DNA from: Antechinus flavipes
Lineage: Eukaryota
Direction of reading: 5' to 3'
DNA length: 64,000 nt
NCBI RefSeq assembly: GCF_016432865.1
Contig: NC_067398.1
Coordinates: 380,494,001 to 380,558,000, forward strand
The notes under the pieces were generated by a model. The model was not told the origin of the DNA and did no database searches. It was given only the letters and a program-made list of their open reading frames with translations. Positions 39,846 to 53,045 of the stretch are shown here, piece after piece; position 1 is the stretch's first letter, and each line of letters starts with the position of its first letter. The translations under genes were made by a program, and so were the position numbers.

Positions 39846-40186
39846 CAAAAGAACTCTGGGAGATGACTATAAACCACTACATAGAATTCCCAATCCCTCT
39901 ATATTTGTCGCCCTGAATTTTTGATTTCCTTCACAGGCTAATTGTACACTATTTCAAAGTCTGATTCTTTTTGTACAGCAAAATAACTGTATGGACATGT
40001 ATACATATATTGTATTTAACTTATACTGTAACATATTTAACATGTATTGGTCAACCTGCCATCTGGGGGAAAGAGTGGGGGGAAAGAGAGGAAAAGTTGG
40101 AACAAAAGGTTTTGCAATTGTCAATGATGATAAAATTGCCCATGCACATATCTTGTAAATAAAAGGCTATTAAAAAAAAAAAAAAA
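39846..40186 (+). mobile_element. Young 5'-truncated L1 3'UTR with poly(A)
   Basis: AATAAA and a ~20-nt poly(A). 15-bp TSD aaaaaggaagctatg (39831-39845, 40187-40201). Confidence 0.92.
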
Positions 40187-40278
40187 AAAAAGGAAGCTAT
40201 GGTGTCAGGACAGCGTGTTTTTAAGAAGTAGTCACAAAATAAGTTTCTTGAGGCAAAAAGATGGCAAGAACAAGATTT

Positions 40279-40281
<3 letters not shown>

Positions 40282-40331
<50 letters not shown>
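40282..40331. repeat. (CA)n microsatellite
   Basis: Directly visible. Confidence 0.97.
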
Positions 40332-40332
<1 letters not shown>

Positions 40333-42419
40333 TATATGAGAGTGTGTGCCTCTGTGTGTGTGTATAAAATTGTCACAGAAAATGATTCAATCTCTGGATA
40401 CAACAGTTTAAGAGCAACCAATCAACTTACTACTTTAAAAATAATGAGATAATATAAAAGATTTATAGGGCTCATTAGGGACTTCCTTCCTCTAAAGAAG
40501 GAATTCATTCCCTTGACCATGGTACTGATAATTAGAGAAACAGCTAACACTGACACTGTTCAGCATTACTTCTCTAATGAAAAGAGGCTAAAGAACTTGC
40601 TCAACACTAAATCATACATGAAATCACTGAAGTCTGAAGAAGAGAAAAGTATGGGAAATAGGAGAACGACCATCACTTGGCAAACTTTTCATTCTGAGGC
40701 CAGTACTTTAACCAATGGACCATACTGTCCCTAAGAGCTTGAGCTTAGTTAATCTAATGTAACTTGTTCCAGAGGATGCTTAATAAATATGATTTGATTA
40801 TGCTTGTTGTACATTACAAAGCAAAAAGGACCTTGTTCCCCACAGAGTACAGCATACACTCAGTCATGGTTTAATTTTAACTTGGCATAGTAATGCATTG
40901 TGAGCTATATGAAGTAGATTTAAGTTAAAAATAGTTTAGCTTGATACCAATGTGAACATAACATACAAAGGTGATCTAAAATCCCATTGTTAACTTGGGC
41001 TAAAGACAAAACTGGGCAGTGACAGGCTGTGATTGTGACTATACCATTTTCCTTCTTTGGGAAGGAAATTAATATCCTTCCTTTTAAGCAGAACTAGACT
41101 TTTATGAGCAGTTTTTAAAAGACATATAAAATTGATTTGGAGGAGGAACCATTACTTGAAGAAAAACCTCTAAAATATTTGTACTTTCTTTCCCCCCAGG
41201 CCTCTTTTTAATGAACACTAATAAACTCAAATTTGTTGCAATAAAAACCCTTATAGTCAACTTTAAATTATCTAGGCAGATGGTAGGCACCAGTGGCATA
41301 TAAATCAAAGTATCAGGTAATATAAAAATCATTAACCTTTGGTTTGGGAATGAGTTTTGGTTTTTGGCCTTCAGTTTGCTTTCTGAATCATGCATTGCTC
41401 TAGCTAATATGAAAATGAGTCTACCCGCTGAGAACACATTTGGAAGAGCTGGGTCAAGATTAACAATTCACTGCAGATAATCCTCAAAGTAGAGAGTCCA
41501 CTGGCAAAGAGTAAGGGCAGCCTCCCAAGTGTCTCACTAAAGGAGGTGCAAAGTATAACAGAAATACATGGGGAATGCAGGATACAGTTTAGGTGTAGAA
41601 GAATATTGAAACAAACAAACAAACAAAAATTTCTGGCCGGTTGTTCTCCTTCCTTGCACAAATGTGAGGATCGAGTCAGGCTAGTAGGTTGAAAAAAGTT
41701 GTTTAGTTAAAAACAAAATTCCTTCTTTAAGCACATTTGGTATCTTACATATTTGGTCTGACTGGCAATTTGAATTGTCCTCTTGGCTCTATAAGTACTC
41801 TATGCATCAGTTTTTCTCTTTTGAAAACAGGGCTGATCATAGTGGCCTGTGGGCATTTAGAGGTATTTGGTCCCAAGAAAGAAAATACTGACAGATCCCA
41901 TTCCTTCTTTTCTCTGGGTGACCAGCCAAGTGTACAAATCAGGATGCCATTCGGGAAGGAGGTAGCTGCTTGTTGCCAACCTTGCCCTTCTTGCACACTG
42001 CCAGCTCATGTAAAATGCCTCAAGTGCAGGGTCACCCTCAAGCAATCTTTATTGTAGGATGGCCTGGAGCAAGATGTACTTCACACAGGGCTCTTCCGGG
42101 ACTTTATAACAGTTCCCCAAAGGACAAGTCTTAGAGAGAAGTGCCTGACTCACCTCACTGCTAAGGGTATCTCTGCTCAAAGGAATGTTGCTAGGATTAA
42201 TGAGTTAATGAGTAAAGGATTTTGACAACAGATTTTTCTTCTTCTTCTTTGTCACTTCAAGGCCAAGTTGAAAGCACAAAAATGTCTCTACTATGCAATT
42301 ATCTCCCACCACAAAAGTCAATTTAATTCAACAAGCAACATATTAAGGACCCACAATGTATAAAGTTTTTCATATTCCTATAATCTAGGCTTGTGCTTCT
42401 GTGTATACATTTTATTCAA

Positions 42420-42660
42420 TATTATTTAGATTTAGTTCAGTCATATTTTTAGTTGTGTAAACTTTGTACAGTCTTTGTACTCTCACTTGGGATTTCTGTG
42501 ACAAAGATACCAGAGTGATTTGCTATTTCCTTCTCCAGCTCTTTTTACAGATGAGAAAACTGAGGCAAATGAAGTTAAGTGACTTGCCCAGGGTTATATA
42601 ATAAGTGAATATCTAAGGCTGTATTTGAACTAAGGAAAATGAGTCTTCCTGACTTATTGA
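42420..42660 (-). mobile_element. Core SINE (MAR1-like)
   Basis: tttacagatgagaaaactgaggcaaatgaagttaagtgacttgccc. Confidence 0.8.
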
Positions 42661-42894
42661 ATGCTTGCCTGAGTACAGTTCCTAGACTCTTTCTTCAAAA
42701 TCGCCAGCAACACTTGGCCACTCCCAATTAATAAACAACTGTCCTTTAAAATACTACAAAAAGCAATTCCAGAAATATTATCCAGAGAAAGTAAAAAACA
42801 AACAAAAAACCCTATCTTAAGAATGAAGCAACAGGTAATCCTAGAAAGAATCAAAAACGTCACCAAAATGAATGAAAAACATCAGTGTAAACAA

Positions 42895-43100
42895 AGATGG
42901 TGGTTGTTCAGTCATTCAATCATGTCCAACTCTTCATGATCCTATGGACCATAGCAGACTAATAACGGGTCATGGTTAGCTTCAGCTAAAGAAAGCAGTC
43001 AAGTGACTTGCCCAAGATCACAGAGCTAGAATATATCTGAGGCCACATTTGAACTCACAACTCCAGCTCACCTTCTCTCCACTAAACCACCTAGCTGCTT
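42895..43100 (-). mobile_element. Core SINE
   Basis: gttgttcagtcattcaatcatgtccaactc...aagtgacttgcccaagatcacagagctag. Confidence 0.7.
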
Positions 43101-43474
43101 CCTATACAAAAAGTTTAGAAAATTCTAAATTCTGAACATGCCTTTCTTTATCAATATTACATAGTGGTGATAAAATGATCAGCATTACAAAACAAAACAA
43201 AACAACAACAAAAAAGAAAACCAGTGTTAATAGTGACAGGAAAATAGTTTGTTTTTAAAAGATATTGAATTTGTATCATCTAGTGATAGTGTTTATTTTG
43301 TAAACACCTAATATTCTTGTGCAAGTCACAGAATATGGAAGTGGTATTTCACAAGTGTCAGATGATGGGGAAAAAAAAAAAAACGAGCTGAAGTTTTGAG
43401 ACCTTTCACTTGCTCCATTATGTCTTTAGCCTTTATAGATGCATTATTATTATTATTATCATTAATTCCTGTTT

Positions 43475-43730
43475 AGGTAGCTAAGTGACATAGTGGAAAG
43501 AATTCTAGGTTTGGAGTTAGGAAGAGTCATCTTCTGGAGTTCAAATTCAGCCTCAGATACTCACTAGCTGTGTGACTCTGGACAAATCACTTAACCCAGT
43601 TTGCTTCAGTTTCCTCAACTACAAAATGAGGTGGAAAGGAAAGGGCAAATCACTCCTGTATCTTTGCCAAAAAAATCTTGAATAGGGTCATGAAGAGTCA
43701 GACATGACTGAAATAACTGAACAACCACAT
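43475..43730 (+). mobile_element. Core SINE (MAR1-like)
   Basis: ggtagctaagtgacatagtgga...ctagctgtgtgactctggacaaatcacttaacc. Confidence 0.8.
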
Positions 43731-44376
43731 CATTAGAAAGTTGGCCACCCAGTGATGATTCATTTTAGCCATAACAACTGATAATAACTGCCTACCAAGA
43801 TCCAAGGGGATTGCCACTTGCAATGTCAGCATAATCATCCTAATGAAATCATAGATTTTTTGAATTATTTGAAACATTTAAGTGTGAGTAGGAATATCTC
43901 TCTAACACCACAGAGTAATGTGGTGATAAAGTATTCAACTCCTGTATCTTCTGAATGTTATAATAAATGAGGATTCAATTCAATAGATTTATTATTATAG
44001 ATTACTTATTACTATAAGAAAGATACTCAGCAAAACTATTCCCTCATATATTTTTTCATATATATGCTTTTCATATATGCTTAAAATAGCATAGAAAAGT
44101 ATCAGAGACTGGTGATCATTTTTAGATCATTAGGTCAGCTCAAGGGAAAAACATTTGGACCTAGGAGACTCCTTTCATTCTCTTCTTTCCCCCAGAGAAC
44201 TTGTATGCTTTTAATAGCATACAAGAACAATTAGAATACTTACAAATGTCAATAGAAACAAAATTTTCTAAAAACAGAAACATTGAAAGAATTTTGACCT
44301 GACTATGCAGTGAAAATTTTAAATTGCAGTAACATGTCTGAAATATATTATATCCATACACACAAGATCTTCTATT

Positions 44377-44530
44377 NNNNNNNNNNNNNNNNNNNNNNNN
44401 NNNNNNNNNNNNNNNNNNNNNNNNNNNNNNNNNNNNNNNNNNNNNNNNNNNNNNNNNNNNNNNNNNNNNNNNNNNNNNNNNNNNNNNNNNNNNNNNNNNN
44501 NNNNNNNNNNNNNNNNNNNNNNNNNNNNNN
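44377..44530. other. Assembly gap (154 N)
   Basis: Run of N. Confidence 0.99.
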
Positions 44531-46789
44531 AGAAACAAATTCTTGGGGATATACCACCAGAATGACCTCAACAAAACAGACCCACTGAATGCATTTCTTA
44601 GGTAAGTAGGCACAATTCTAATAAAAACATAAACTCACCCACCAATTCTTAGCAGAGTGCAAATGCTATGATTCCACTGCTATTACAGTCATCCATTTTA
44701 GGAATCCCCAACTTAAAAGAAATGAGGTATTTTGTTTTGGTAATTTTCCATGCTAAAATCTCATTCCCAAGGCTATTTTGAAAAAAAAAAGTGTACATTT
44801 AAAAATTTCTTTGCATTCTGATTTTACCAGAAAACATTTTCCTGTTGCACAAAGAGAATCCAAGAACTCAAAACCAACTGAACTTTGATACTTCCAGCTT
44901 AGCAGGTAGTGAATTCTTTGGAAGACTTTCCGCATTGGTCAAGGTAAGAAAACAAAGCAATAACTAAGCTTGTCCAATTGCTGGCTATGATTGGAGTACA
45001 CTTGAGCCCTACCTAAACACCCATCTTTCCTCCCTTCTTCACACTTCACTTGGTGAGTTCAGTTAGTATATATGCTATTGAAAACTTGGAATGACCAGGA
45101 ATGATCAGTTCAGTATCATTTTGTGTCCACAAACTGCTCTGTTAACTACAACTAGCTGGCTGGCTATCTCAGTCCCAGACTAGAGTAATAGGGTCATTGT
45201 AAAGCCATCCATCCCTACTCTGGAAGTACAAAAAACAACAGCTCATTTGAATGCTCTCCAGGTACTATATGTTTTGAGTGCCCACCTGAACTGTTAGAGC
45301 TGGAGAGATAATAGAGATCATTTAGTTCTTTTCCCACATTAGAAAATGAAGAAACCTGGATCCAAGAATAGTAAAGTAATTTATTTGGGTCATACAGTTT
45401 CTAAGTAGCAGAGTACATATTCATTTAATTCACATTTTCTTCAAGATCTATCCCAGGATCAGAGATCACAGAATCAAAGAATTTTATTACTGGAAGGACA
45501 AAATAGATCATTTAATTGAAGTCTAATTTTATAGTGAGGGAACTATGAGAAGGTAAATGACTTGCTTAAGGTCACATAACTATTAGTTGTTAGAGCCAAT
45601 GCTAGAATCTATATATCCAGTGACTTTGGATCTACTTCCATGATAACACTCTTTCTTTCAATTTTTCTTTGCATACATTTCTTCTGAGAAATACAAAGAG
45701 AAACTCAGAATAAGAAGAGATTATAGGCTGTGGGAATTCAGGAGTCCTAGAAAACTCTAATTTTTGATGCCAGAAGGGAATTTTAGATGCTGTGCACACA
45801 TCTACAAATGGCCCAATTTTCCATTTTTAATTTTGTTGCCAGTTCTTAAAACATAAAAACAATTTAAATTGAGTTTACATAAAGTAGCCCATTCAATAAA
45901 TATTTAATGAATTGAACACTTATCACATGATTTAAGGAGAACAGATAAAAATCCTTTAGAAAAAGGTTTTCTGGGAAAATCTCAGTTATCTCCTGCCTGC
46001 TTCCCACCCATTCTAACTTCCAAAAGCTTTGGGGAGACAGAAATACTGATTGCCCCCAATCTAACAGCTTTTTGTGTTCTAAAAGTTTGTTACTAAAAGA
46101 GTTGTTTGGGATTGAGATAAAACAGTCAATATTACAAATGATAGTTTGGTTCCTAAACTAAACACATTAAGTCTAATTTTAACTGAATGCATTGGATGGA
46201 GATTTGTGTTCAATGGAATTTTGAAGTACAAAAGATGTTATTTACTTATGATGTATACATTAAGATATACTCTAACCATAATATCAAAATATGTAATAAT
46301 AATTTCTGCAGCTGAAGATTCTTTTACAAAATCATTCATGCCCAAAACTCTCTGTTTCCCTTCTTTCATTCAGCTAATGTATTTGTTGTTGGGAGAAAAA
46401 TAATTGACTGAATGAATTCTCACCAAAATAAGATGAACTGACATGCCTAAATCTTTGCAGAGATGTTCAGATTTTTTTAAAAGGCACAGATTAATAGGAT
46501 TAATCTCTAATATGTGTAATCTCAGTGCAGCAAAATACTGTGAAAGATCTGGGCTGCATAGTGTAAGGATAGGGGTGAAAGTGTGGGGAGAATTTAGGAT
46601 TGTTTTTCAAATGTTTAACATAAATGTTTCTCTTTTAAAAGTCCAGGTCAGGGATAATCTCCTGAACAAGAACTTTCTTAATTCCCCTAATTTCCAAGCT
46701 AGATAAATACATCTTTCCAGATCACTCAGGACTTTCAATTTTATATATTCTTCACATATTTCTCCAGACAATATGAAATAATAACTTTC

Positions 46790-47000
46790 ATTTACTCTAT
46801 CCCTGTATTTAGAATACAGGGTTCAATTCTGGATACTATCTATATTTTTTAAAAGGCAACCACAAATTAAGAGTACATTCAGAGAAGGGCAAGTAGAATG
46901 ATGAAAAATCATTCCATCAAAGGAATAAAGAGGGGATGTTTACCCCAGAGAAGAAAAAAGCTAATATGAACCATGGTAGCAGTCTCCAAATATTATTATT
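46790..47000 (+). mobile_element. CR1/L3 fragment
   Basis: tagaatacagggttcaattctgga...cagagaagggcaagtagaatgatg. Confidence 0.6.
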
Positions 47001-48734
47001 GGATAAACCTTTCAAAAGATAATTTAGAGTATGTTTCCAATTATTGATTTTATTTTATATCAACTATATTTTGCAAATTGAAAATTATCATTCAGACAAG
47101 ATGTTTCAGTTTGATCATGTAGGAAAGAGCATGGAATTGGGGATGCAAAGACTTCTGGGTTTTGCCACTTGCTAGCTTTGTGACTTTAGTCAAGTCATCT
47201 ACTTTTTTTGAGACTCAGTTTCCTTATCTGTAAAATGAGAGACTACTAAGTATTTCTAATGAAAATATTCAATAATTCCATGATACCTCAGACTATCATT
47301 AAGGGAGTATGTGGCTTCTTGTAATAACTATGTCTGGATACCTATGAGACAAGATTAGACTAAATACTATAGAATTATTAAATTATAAGTTATTAACTTA
47401 TAAGTTATAATTAAGTTATTAATCACTCTACAACTGTTCAACTACTGTTGAATAAAGCTGGTAGATCTACATTATAACAAACTGGTAAACATCAAGCAAA
47501 AGCATGTTTTATAATAACAGAGTAAAAGCTGAATGATCAGTTAGGATAGTTTTGGGGTTGTATATACAAAACACTTGCTTCTCAAATTCTAGCTTATTAA
47601 TTCACCTATAGTATTTGGGAATAACTTTTTAGTGGATTCTATCTAAAGAGTTCTTTAAGAGAAAAAGCTAGATAGATTGAGCAGCGGAAGGGTGTATTTT
47701 TTAGGGTGGAGCATGAGAGAAAGTTTGAGGGATGGAAGCATACAGGCCTGGGTGGAGTAGAGTTTAAGACTGTTGCAAAATACATAATTTAAACAGGCTA
47801 CTTGCTTCAATGAGTTGGCATCAGCTAATAATAACAATCCTAAGCCAGAGAATACTGTTCCTACATTTGCTCATATTCAACATATTGGACATCCCCATTC
47901 ATTTAACTTTGAATCCTCGATTTTTCTAGTTTATCTACTAAGTGAACTAACTCTTCTCCTAATTTCTAAGAACTCTTATTAGCAGTGACCAAACCTTATT
48001 GATTCTTATAGTAACAATAACAATATTTCTCACATATTTGTAACACTCACATTTATGTGACAATCATCTTTACAAAGTACTCTCATTTCATTTTATCTTC
48101 CCAATATGCTGGTAAGTGCCTACTTTTTACAGATTAAAAGACTAAGATTCAAAGAGATTAATTAATGACTTAGTCAAAGCCTCACTCAGTAAGAACTGGC
48201 AGCTCCTTCCTTGTCCTAGAATATTGATTGGTATAGTTGTACTTGATAGTTTTGTACAGAATTGAATAAAAAGGAAATGAGTCATATCTCTTTTTGCAGA
48301 GTCAGAAATAACCTGGTGAATCTAGAACATAAGACCAGTGGATTATAAAGCCAAGACGTCTGCAGATTTCTCACATCTTTTGAGAGGGATAGTAGCAGCA
48401 TTTTAGTCTTCTCCAAATTCTTCATTTCTACTACTCTCAACTTTTTGGCAGAAGTGGAGATAGAGGTAGTATTAAGTTCCTTCCACCACAAGCACCGATT
48501 TCTTCACCTTCCCAATTGTTCTAATTTTTTGAGGCAGGATTCCTACATGTACAGTACTGTGCCTTAGTCTAATGCTTCACTGAGAGTTGATCAGGAAAAA
48601 AAAAATTCCCAAAGAAATAACAACAACCCCATCCCTACAAAACAAAAATAAGATATGACAGAGGGAAATAAGAAAGAGTAGTGAATGAATGACATATAAG
48701 AAAAAAGAGAAATAAATGAAAGAGCAAGAAAAAG

Positions 48735-51160
48735 ATAAAAAGAGAAATTCCATTTAAAATAGTTGTTTATAATATAAAATATTTGGGAGTCTACCTACCA
48801 AGACAAAGCCAGGAATTATGTGAACACAACTACAAAATACTTTCTATATAAATAAAGTCAGATCTAAAAAACAGGAAAAATATCAAGTGCTCTTGGATAG
48901 GTCGAGGGAAAGTAAAAATGACAATACTACCTAAATTAATCTACTTATTTAGTACCATAACAATCAAACTCCCAAGAAATTTTTTTATAGATCTAAAAAA
49001 TAATAACAAAGTTCATCTGGAAGAACAAGAGGTCAAGAATTTCAAGGGAATTAATGAAAAAAAATGCAAATGAAGGTGGCCTAGCTGTGTCAGACCTAAA
49101 ACCATATTATAAAGCAGTGGTCATCAAAACTATTTGGTGCTAGGTTAGATTAACAGGACAAAATAGCAATCTCATGTTTACTAAGCCCCAAAACCCCAGC
49201 TTTGGGGATAAGTACTCACTATTTGACAAAAACTGCTGGGAAAATTGGAAACTAGTATGGTAGTTCTACCATACTATTAGTATGGTAGAAACTAGGCATT
49301 GACCCACACCTAACATCATATACCAAGATAAGGTCAAAATGGGTTCATGATCTAAAAATAGGGATATTATAAGCAAATTAGATGAACATAGGATAGGTAA
49401 CTTCTCAGATCTGTGGAGGAGGAAGGAATTTGTTACCAAGAAGAACTGGAGATCATTATTGATTACAAAATAGATAATTTTAATTATATTAAGTTTAAAA
49501 GTTTTTGTATAAGCAAAACTAATGCAGACAAAATTAGAAAGGAAGCAATAAAGTGGGAAAACTTTTTAAAAATAACTTTTTATTGACAAAACCCATGCTA
49601 AGGTAATTTTTTACAACATTATCCCTTGCACTCACTTCTGTTCCAATTTTTCCCCTCCCTCTCTCCACCCCCTCCCCCAGATGGCAAGCATTCCTATACA
49701 TGTTAAATAGGTTACAGTATATCCTAGATACAATATGTGTGTGCAGAACTGAACAGTTCTCTTGTTGCACAGGGAGAATTGGATTCCGAAGGTATAAATA
49801 ACCCAGGAAGAAAAACAAAAATGCAAACAATTTATATTCACTTGTGGGAAAACATTTTTACATTCCAGGGTTCTGATAAAGGCTTTGTTTCTAAAATATA
49901 GAGAGAATTGACTCAATTATATAATAATTCAAATTCCAATTAATAAATGGTCAAAGGATATGAACAGTCAATTTTCAGATGAAGAAATTGAAATCATTTC
50001 TAGTCATATGAAAAAGTGCTCTAAATCATTGTTGATCAGAGAAATGCAAATTAAGACAAGTCTGAGATACCACTATACACCTCTCAGATTGGCTAAGATA
50101 ACTGGAAAAGATAATGAGAAATGTTGGAGGGGATGTGGGAAAATTGGATCACTAATACATTGCTGGTGGAATTGTGAATGCATCCAATCATTCTGGAGAA
50201 CAATTTGGATCTATGCCCAAAAGGTTATCAAACTGTGCATACCCTTTGACCTAGCAATGTTTCTACTGGGCTTATATCCTAAAGAGATCTTAAAGGAGGG
50301 AAAGGGACCCACATGGGCAAAAATATTTGTGGTAGTCTATTTTATTTTTTTGAACTACATTCCAAGATTTGTTACTGGATAAACTAGTAATATCATATAA
50401 AGACCCAAAAAATTTAATTTTTTTTTAGAACTTTCTTAAGCAATTTTAAGCTAGAAAAAAATTCTTTCTGTGGTCTTTGATATCCAAATCAACCCAGAAA
50501 CAGAACATAAACATATAGGGAAATGCAGGAGATAAATAAAGGAAATTAAAACAAACAAACAACAAACAAACAAACAAACAAAACTTTACCATGGCAGTCT
50601 TTTTTGTAGGGCAAGAAATTGGAAACTGAGTGGATGCCCATCAGTTGGAGAATGACTGAATAAATTATGGTATATGAATGTTAAGGAACTGATGCTAAGT
50701 GAAATGAGCAGAACTGGGGGGTCATTATACACTGCAACAACAAGATTATACAATGATCAATTCTGATGGATATAACTTTCTTCAACAATGAGATAATTCA
50801 GACCAGTATCAATGATCTTGTGATGAAGAGAGTCATCTACACCCAGAGAGGACTGTGGGAACTGAGTGTGGTTTACAGCATAGTATTTTCACTCTTTTAT
50901 TTGCTTGCATTTTATTTTCTTTCTCATTTTTCCTCCAGTTTTATTTTATTTTTCTTGTGCAGCAAGATAATTGTATAAATATGTATGCATATGTTGGATT
51001 TAACATATATTTCTACCATGTTTAATATATATTGGACTATTTGCAATCTAGGGGAAGGGTTGGGGTAATGAGGGGAAAATTGGAACACAAGCTTTTTCAA
51101 GGGTTAATGTTGAAGAATTATCCATGCATATGTTTTGAAAATCAAAAGTTTTAATAATAA
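48735..51160 (+). mobile_element. L1 (ORF2 RT C-terminal half to 3'UTR), interrupted by two insertions
   Basis: Frameshifted ORF2 sequence. ORF 49960-50382 (...LLIREMQIKTSLRYHYTPLRLAKI...CWRGCGKIGSLIHCWWNC) is L1 ORF2p. The 3'UTR ends near 51160. Confidence 0.93.
49563..49843 (-). mobile_element. Young L1 3'UTR fragment nested in the older L1
   Basis: TSD gtgggaaaac (49553-49562, 49844-49853). Same 3'UTR type as the L1 at 63066-63686. Confidence 0.9.
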
Positions 51161-51289
51161 TAATATATATACATACTAGCAATATTGAAACAACAAGGGA
51201 AGATAGAGCAACAAACAAAATAAAAGGATGGAAAAGGATGAGATAAAGAGGAAATAGTCTTGTGAAAAGAGAGAAAGGATAGAGCTTTT

Positions 51290-52085
51290 TTTCTTTTTTT
51301 AACAAGAAATTCAGTAAACATCAATAATCATGTTTTTGTACAACAGAAAGAGGATTTTATATGAAACTTGAATTTTTATGGTATATAACTTTAAAAAATG
51401 TTAAATTTAACATCAAGGTCCCAGGCTCCCCTGCTTATCTGAGTTTCTTCTGTACGTTTTCCTTCTGCACTCCAATGAATTTTTTTTAAGTTTTTTTCAT
51501 TTCTTTCTTTTCCTCTTTTTATTTTGATATTATTACTATTCCCCATTACTTTCTCATTAAAAACTCTCCCTTGTAAGAAAGAAATGTAGTCACATAAAAA
51601 ATTTCACACGTTGACCATATCTGAAAACATCTTATTCTACATATATAATCCATCACTTCTCTGCCAAAAAGCTGAATTATGCTCTATAATTAATTAGTCT
51701 TTTGGAGTTGTGTTGGTCATTACATTGATCAGAATTTTTAAGTTTTTCAAAGTTCTTTTCTAAATAATATTGTAGTCACTATATAGATTGACTGCTGGTA
51801 TTTATTGTATCAGTACATAAAAGTCTTCTAAAATTTCTTTTAATCTCTTCATTTTGTTATTTTTGTGGCACAGTAAAATTCTATTACATACATATATCAT
51901 AGTTTATTCAGCCATATGGTTGATGAGCAGCCATTACAATTCTTTGTAACAACAAAAAGAGCTACTATAAATACTTTTGTTCATTTGGCTCCTTTACTCT
52001 TCCCTTTGTTGTTGAGTGTTGAGGAGCAATAGCAGTGGGTCAAAGGGTATGCAGTTCAATGACTTTTGGACTACAATTTCAAATA
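51290..52085 (-). mobile_element. Old L1 3' fragment
   Basis: Reverse-complement L1 3' motifs (aaaaagagctactataaatac, gggtcaaagggtatgc). Confidence 0.7.
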
Positions 52086-52809
52086 ATGGAACTTTTTTGA
52101 ACAACTGATTTATATCAAGAGAAATAAGGGAAATATATATTTTTTATTTTGGCAGAATTTCGTCAATTTATAAAACATTCCTACTATTATATGGTGAATA
52201 ATGAATTATTTTAGAACTAGGAGGAAAAGTTGCCATTCCAGGTTTCAAGAGATTTTTCAAACAAGATTGTTAAGTCATAGCCAAAGATATAAGTACCCAT
52301 GCCAGTGATGAAGCATCACACCCTTATCTTTGTTGCTTCTATTTCTCATCTAGTAAACAAATAATTAGGAGGGCAAGGGAGGAAAATTACCCCTAGACTC
52401 TCACTTAGGAGAGATAGGCAAATAGACATTGTTAGTTCCTGATTCAAAGAATGTGTAAGAGTCCTAAGTTTTGTCACTGACATAGTTTTAACATTTAATG
52501 GACTTCTTTTTTCCTCAGTGTTTAAATCACCTTTTAGTACTATGAAAAATTGATTCTTTTAGAACACAAAGATATCATGTCCAAGCATGGCTTTATAACA
52601 AAGTTATAGGTTTCATGTCAAAAAATAAAATTTTTGTTTCAATAAATTACTAACATAAATTCAATTAAAATTCAATTCAAGCATTTCAAAACCACCAGTT
52701 TGGTGGAAGATGTTATGCTAGGTATCATATGCTAAGGATACAAAAATGAAAAATGGCAGTCATGGTATTGACTTAGTGAAGGCATAATGCAGTAGGGAGT
52801 GAATGACAT

Positions 52810-53045
52810 GAAGTCACTTTAATTGGATGTTGCAGCCAAAAACGTTAATATAATCTTAGGCTTAATGGGGGTAGGGTATGTCTTAGCTCTACATTCCAAT
52901 CTGGTCAGAACTCATCTGGTATATTACATTTTATCAAAATTCCAAAAGAAGTCAACTGGGACTTTGACAGGATTTGAGTTCAAACCATGTTAAGACCAAT
53001 TGCAGCAATTGAGATTTTTTAGCCTGAAGAAGAGATGTTTTAGGG
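52810..53045 (+). mobile_element. CR1/L3 fragment
   Basis: gcagccaaaaacgttaatataatcttaggc...tttagcctgaagaagaga. Confidence 0.6.

Noticed and set aside
42009-42230. LTR-like reading (TG...TATA...AATAAA...CA on the minus strand)
   Set aside because: No TSD and no similarity to a family I recognise; kept only as a candidate regulatory island.
44545-44570. ataccacc resembling the 5' end of 5S rRNA
   Set aside because: Only an 8-nt match; the rest does not follow 5S.
44161-44613. ORFs spanning X residues
   Set aside because: Artefacts of the N gap.
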